Source: Candidatus Dormiibacterota bacterium (GTDB lineage: Bacteria; Chloroflexota; Dormibacteria; Aeolococcales; Bog-877). Taken from it: a DNA stretch of 64,000 nt. The DNA is taken from positions 42,044 to 106,043 of the forward strand of contig DATLRN010000035.1 of assembly GCA_035534695.1 (NCBI GenBank), written 5' to 3'. The notes beneath the pieces were generated by a model. It saw nothing but the letters and a program-made list of their open reading frames with translations, made no database searches and was not told where the DNA came from. Positions 60,342-64,000 of this stretch are shown in pieces (the first letter of the stretch is position 1; the number at the start of each line of letters is the position of its first letter). A program made the position numbers and the translations under genes.

Positions 60342-61898
60342 TTGAGTCACCCCGAAATTCAGTCCGCCGTCCTCTGCGTTTGCGACGGCTGGGGCTGCGC
60401 TCAGCCGTCGCCCGGCAATGCCATCTCACTGGCCCGAACGCCTAACTTCGATCAACTTTTCGCCACTTCCCCCCACACCACCCTAACGGCCAGTGGAACT
60501 GCCGTCGGGCTGCCACCTGGCCAGCAGGGAAACTCCGAGGTGGGGCATTTAACCATTGGATCGGGGCGGGTGGTCCTCCAGGACCTGACCCGAATTGACG
60601 ACGCCATTGCCGACGGCACCTTCTTCTCCAACCCCGTCCTGGTCGAAGCGGTCCAGCTGGCTCTCGATCGCGGCTCCTATTTGCATCTGATGGGATTGAT
60701 TTCGAATGGAGGTGTGCATAGTCACGAACGTCATCTGGTTGCGCTCTGCGAACTGGCCCACCGGATGGGCCTCAAGCGAGTTGCCATCGACGCCTTCACC
60801 GACGGTCGTGACACGCCTCCCAGCAGTGGCCAAGCGAGCCTGAACCAGCTGCTGGAGCAGCTCGGGCAGTTTGGGGCTGGGCGGATTTCCTCGATAGGGG
60901 GCCGCTACTTCGCGATGGACCGCGACCGCCGCTGGGACCGCACCGAGCAGGCTTATCAGGCCATCTTGGGAAGGGGCCCGACTCGGGTGTCCGATGCCTT
61001 GGCCTACCTTTCGGAGCAGTACGCCCGCGATGTAACCGACGAGTTCATCCCCCCCGCCGTGGTGCTGGATGACGAGGGGGAGGCGCAGGGCTTAGCCGAC
61101 GAGGATGTCGTCATCCACTTCGACTTTCGCCCGGATCGGGCCCGGCAACTCTGTCACGCCCTCAGCGATCGCGACTTCGGCGGCTTCGGACGAGGGGATG
61201 TGCCCGAGCTCGCCAGACTCTGCACTTTCACGAAGTTTGACGACACCCTCCACGCCCAAGTCGCCTTTCCCAAACCGCTGATTGACGAGACGCTGGCCGA
61301 GGTCGTTGCCCGGGCTGGCCTGCGCCAGTTTCATGTCGCCGAGACCGAGAAGTACGCCCACGTCACCTACTTCCTCAACGGAGGCCGTGAAGACCCGTTC
61401 CCGCAAGAGGAACGGGTCTTGATACCGTCCTCCCGGGTGGCCACCTACGACCGGGCGCCGGAAATGAGTGCCGGCGCCATAACCGAGGTGGTTCTGGATC
61501 ATTTGCAGAGGCGAGACGTCTCGCTGATCGTCCTCAACTACGCCAACGCGGACATGGTCGGGCATACCGGCGACCTGGATGCGACGGTCCTGGCGGTCGA
61601 GTACCTTGACGCCTGCATCGGCCAGCTGGTTGCCGCATCGGCGAAAGCCGGCTACCTCGTCCTGGTAACTGCGGACCATGGCAATGCTGAGATCAAGGTC
61701 GACTTGGAAGACGGCTCCAAGCTCACCGCCCACACCACCAGTCCTGTGCCCTTGGTTTTGGCCAACTGCAAGGGGGTCGTCAGACTGCAGGATGGAGGTG
61801 GGCTCGAGGATGTTGCCCCGACCCTCCTGGCGGCGATGGGCCTTGCCGTTCCCGGCGAGATGACGGGAAGAGACCTCCGGCTGGGGGCTAGCGACTGA
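60342..61898 (+). CDS. gpmI: 2,3-bisphosphoglycerate-independent phosphoglycerate mutase
   Basis: 'LCVCDGWG', the 'NSEVGHLTIG' Ser-phosphorylation site region, and the metal-binding 'TADHGN'. The start is probably the TTG at 60342, because the track ORF from 60237 adds a non-conserved leader. Confidence 0.85.
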   Translation: MSHPEIQSAVLCVCDGWGCAQPSPGNAISLARTPNFDQLFATSPHTTLTASGTAVGLPPGQQGNSEVGHLTIGSGRVVLQDLTRIDDAIADGTFFSNPVLVEAVQLALDRGSYLHLMGLISNGGVHSHERHLVALCELAHRMGLKRVAIDAFTDGRDTPPSSGQASLNQLLEQLGQFGAGRISSIGGRYFAMDRDRRWDRTEQAYQAILGRGPTRVSDALAYLSEQYARDVTDEFIPPAVVLDDEGEAQGLADEDVVIHFDFRPDRARQLCHALSDRDFGGFGRGDVPELARLCTFTKFDDTLHAQVAFPKPLIDETLAEVVARAGLRQFHVAETEKYAHVTYFLNGGREDPFPQEERVLIPSSRVATYDRAPEMSAGAITEVVLDHLQRRDVSLIVLNYANADMVGHTGDLDATVLAVEYLDACIGQLVAASAKAGYLVLVTADHGNAEIKVDLEDGSKLTAHTTSPVPLVLANCKGVVRLQDGGGLEDVAPTLLAAMGLAVPGEMTGRDLRLGASD

Positions 61899-63325
61899 TG
61901 CCCGCTTCAGGTCGCGCACCGGCGCCCCGTGCCGCCCGCGCCGCGCGTCGGGCATTGGAGGCGGAGGACGAGGTCGCGCCACCTCAGCCTTCGGGAATCG
62001 TGGCGCTGGTGGGCCGGCCCAACGTGGGCAAGTCGACACTCTTCAATCGGCTCACAGGTGAACGGCGAGCCATCGTGTCCGACCAGCCTGGGCTGACCCG
62101 GGACCGAATCTACGGAGATGTGGAGTGGCGCGGCCGGGCCTTCACGGTGGTGGACACGGCCGGTTTGGAGCGGGTGATCAAGGGAACCGCCCATGGCGAT
62201 CTACCCGCCAACACCCAGGCCCAGGCCCGGGTGGCCTTGCGAGAGGCCGACGTGATCTGCTTTGTCTGCGATGCCAAGGCTGGCCTCACTGCCACCGACC
62301 ACGACGTGGCCGAGGAGCTGCGTCGAGCCAGCCAGCCTGTGATCCTGGTCAGCAACAAGTACGAGGGGAGGGAGGACCGGCTCTGGGGACACGAGTTCCT
62401 CGAACTTGGCCTCGGCGAGCCGGTCCCCATCTCCGCTTTGTCCGGAAGCGGTAGCGGGGACCTTCTCGATCAGATTGTCAACCGCCTCCCCCCCGCCGAG
62501 GACAGCGCCGGCGCGGTTGGATCACCGGTTCTGCGCTGTGCCATCGTGGGTCGGCCCAACGTGGGCAAGTCGTCGCTCCTCAATGGAATCCTTGGTGAGG
62601 AGAGATCGCTGGTGAGTACCGTGGCGGGGACCACCAGGGACCCGGTCGACACTTTGGTGAGCACCAACCAAGGCGATGTGTTGCTGGTGGACACGGCCGG
62701 CATTCGCCGGCCCGGCGCCAGCCAGGACGCTGACTACTACAGCCTGCTCCGAGCGGTTCGGGTGGTGGAGCGAGCCGACGTGGCGGTCTTGGTGGTCGAC
62801 GCCACCACTCCCTTGCGGGGCCAAGACCGCCACATCGCCGGTCGGGCCCGAGACGCCGGGGCGGCGACGCTGGTAACGCTCAACAAGTGGGATCTCCTGG
62901 ACGAGGACGCCCGCCGGGATCGCGGCCTGGTTCGCGAGCTAAAGGCCGCCTACGACTGGGCTCCCGGAACCCCCTTCCTCTTCACCAGCGCCCTAACCGG
63001 CCGGGGCATTCGCAAGGTGCTTCCCACCGCCTTCGAGCTGGCTCAGGCCCGCGCCCTGCACATCTCCACCGCGGAGTTGAATCAGTTTGTCCGAGCCGCG
63101 GTCGATCGTCGGCCGCCTCCCAGTGGCAAGGCGGGGCGCCGACTCCACATCTATTACGCCGTGCAAGCGCGGAGTCGGGTACCAACCTTCGCTTTGTTCG
63201 TCAATGATCCCGGCCTGATGCACTTCAGCTACGCCCGCTACCTGGAGAACCAGTTCCGCGAGCGCTACGGGTTTCAGGGGGTACCACTAAGGCTTCGGGT
63301 CCGGCGCTCGGAGCAGACCCGTTGA
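61898..63325 (+). CDS. der: Ribosome biogenesis GTPase Der (EngA)
   Basis: Two tandem GTPase domains ('GRPNVGKSTLFN', 'DTAGL' twice) plus a KH-like C-terminus. There is a 35-aa Ala/Arg-rich N-terminal extension if the ATG at 61898 is used. Confidence 0.9.
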   Translation: MPASGRAPAPRAARAARRALEAEDEVAPPQPSGIVALVGRPNVGKSTLFNRLTGERRAIVSDQPGLTRDRIYGDVEWRGRAFTVVDTAGLERVIKGTAHGDLPANTQAQARVALREADVICFVCDAKAGLTATDHDVAEELRRASQPVILVSNKYEGREDRLWGHEFLELGLGEPVPISALSGSGSGDLLDQIVNRLPPAEDSAGAVGSPVLRCAIVGRPNVGKSSLLNGILGEERSLVSTVAGTTRDPVDTLVSTNQGDVLLVDTAGIRRPGASQDADYYSLLRAVRVVERADVAVLVVDATTPLRGQDRHIAGRARDAGAATLVTLNKWDLLDEDARRDRGLVRELKAAYDWAPGTPFLFTSALTGRGIRKVLPTAFELAQARALHISTAELNQFVRAAVDRRPPPSGKAGRRLHIYYAVQARSRVPTFALFVNDPGLMHFSYARYLENQFRERYGFQGVPLRLRVRRSEQTR

Positions 63326-64000
63326 AGCTGGCCATACTCGGGGCTGGGTCATGGGGTCTGGCCTTGGCCGAGCTGCTCCAGTCCCCCGAGCGAGAAGTCT
63401 GGCTCTGGTTCCGCCGTCCCGAGCTGGCGGCTGAGGTGAGCCGCACCCGAGTCCATCCGCTCTACCTGCCCGAGCTGCGCCTCAAACCCGAGGTCGAGGT
63501 GACCGCCGTCATCGAGGAGGCGTGCGCCGACGCTGACACGGTAATCTTCGCGGCGCCGACTCACGGTCAGCGGGCGCTCGGCGAGCGGGCCCGCCCCTTG
63601 GTGCAGGGGGCCTCACTTCTGGTCAGTGCTGCCAAGGGATTCGAACCCAACACGGCCCTGACCATGAGCGTCCTCCTGGCCGAGGCGCTGGGAGCAGGCT
63701 CGGAGGAGAAGCTGGTGGCGCTGAGTGGGCCCAACATCGCCGCCGAAGTTGCCGCCCACTTGCCAACCGCCGCAGTGGTTGCGGCCACCAACCAGCAAGC
63801 TCGGAGCCTGGCCGTGCAACGGCTGGCCGCGCCCAGCTGGCGCCTTTACGCCAACGATGATCCCCTCGGCGTCGAATTCGCGGGGGCAATGAAGAACGTG
63901 ATCGCCATCGCCGCCGGAGTGTGCGACGGACTCGGGGTGGGTGACAACGCCAAGGCGGCCATCATCACCAGGGGGCTGAGCGAGATGACCCGGCTGGGGG
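63322..64000 (+). CDS. gpsA: Glycerol-3-phosphate dehydrogenase [NAD(P)+], N-terminal part (3' end lies outside the window)
   Basis: 'LAILGAGSWGLALA' Rossmann motif, 'GPN', and 'AMKNVIAIAAG'. The TTG start overlaps the der stop. The gene is not in the ORF track because no stop lies within the window. Confidence 0.85.
   Translation, partial: MKLAILGAGSWGLALAELLQSPEREVWLWFRRPELAAEVSRTRVHPLYLPELRLKPEVEVTAVIEEACADADTVIFAAPTHGQRALGERARPLVQGASLLVSAAKGFEPNTALTMSVLLAEALGAGSEEKLVALSGPNIAAEVAAHLPTAAVVAATNQQARSLAVQRLAAPSWRLYANDDPLGVEFAGAMKNVIAIAAGVCDGLGVGDNAKAAIITRGLSEMTRLG

Noticed and set aside
63641-63656. 'GGATTCGAACCCAAC' as a second tRNA T-arm
   Set aside because: There are no complementary stem partners or acceptor stem around it. 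It lies inside the gpsA coding sequence.

Overview
This 64 kb window comes from a high-GC Gram-positive-type bacterial chromosome (roughly 65-70% GC). The gene order looks actinobacterial and nearly all of it is conserved housekeeping. From the start it runs through the tail of the ribosomal spc/alpha operon (secY-adk-map-infA-rpmJ-rpsM-rpsK-rpsD-rpoA-rplQ-truA-rplM-rpsI). An ornithine carbamoyltransferase-like gene follows, then the c-di-AMP module cdaA-cdaR joined directly to glmS. Next come an AcpS-NnrD fusion, alr, a thiamine block (a ThiE-ThiS fusion, thiG, thiL), the t6A genes tsaE-tsaB-rimI-tsaD, and groES-groEL preceded by a CIRCE operator. The second half holds a nitrilase-family hydrolase, pcrA, ligA, gatCAB, a TRAM-domain RNA methyltransferase, dnaE, polA, mutM, a GT4 glycosyltransferase, an ABC-F ATPase, uvrB, OsmC, uvrA, uvrC, rapZ, gap-pgk-tpiA, gpmI, der and the start of gpsA. 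I found no CRISPR array, rRNA or intact prophage. The only clearly accessory, decayed segment lies between dnaE and polA (about 37.6-42.1 kb). It contains a frameshifted and stop-interrupted IS3-family transposase remnant, an intact short-chain dehydrogenase (SDR) gene, a tRNA-Leu(CAA), a DUF151 bifunctional-nuclease homologue, a SAM methyltransferase and a C-terminal stub of a LacI-family regulator. The observations I would look at first are two unusual gene fusions (AcpS + YjeF_C dehydratase; ThiE + ThiS with a short extension past the Gly-Gly), a frameshifted DinB_2/DUF664 gene, a RapZ homologue with a degenerate P-loop, and a possible small membrane peptide between uvrA and uvrC. Most of the long antisense ORFs in the six-frame track are high-GC artefacts and I do not call them.
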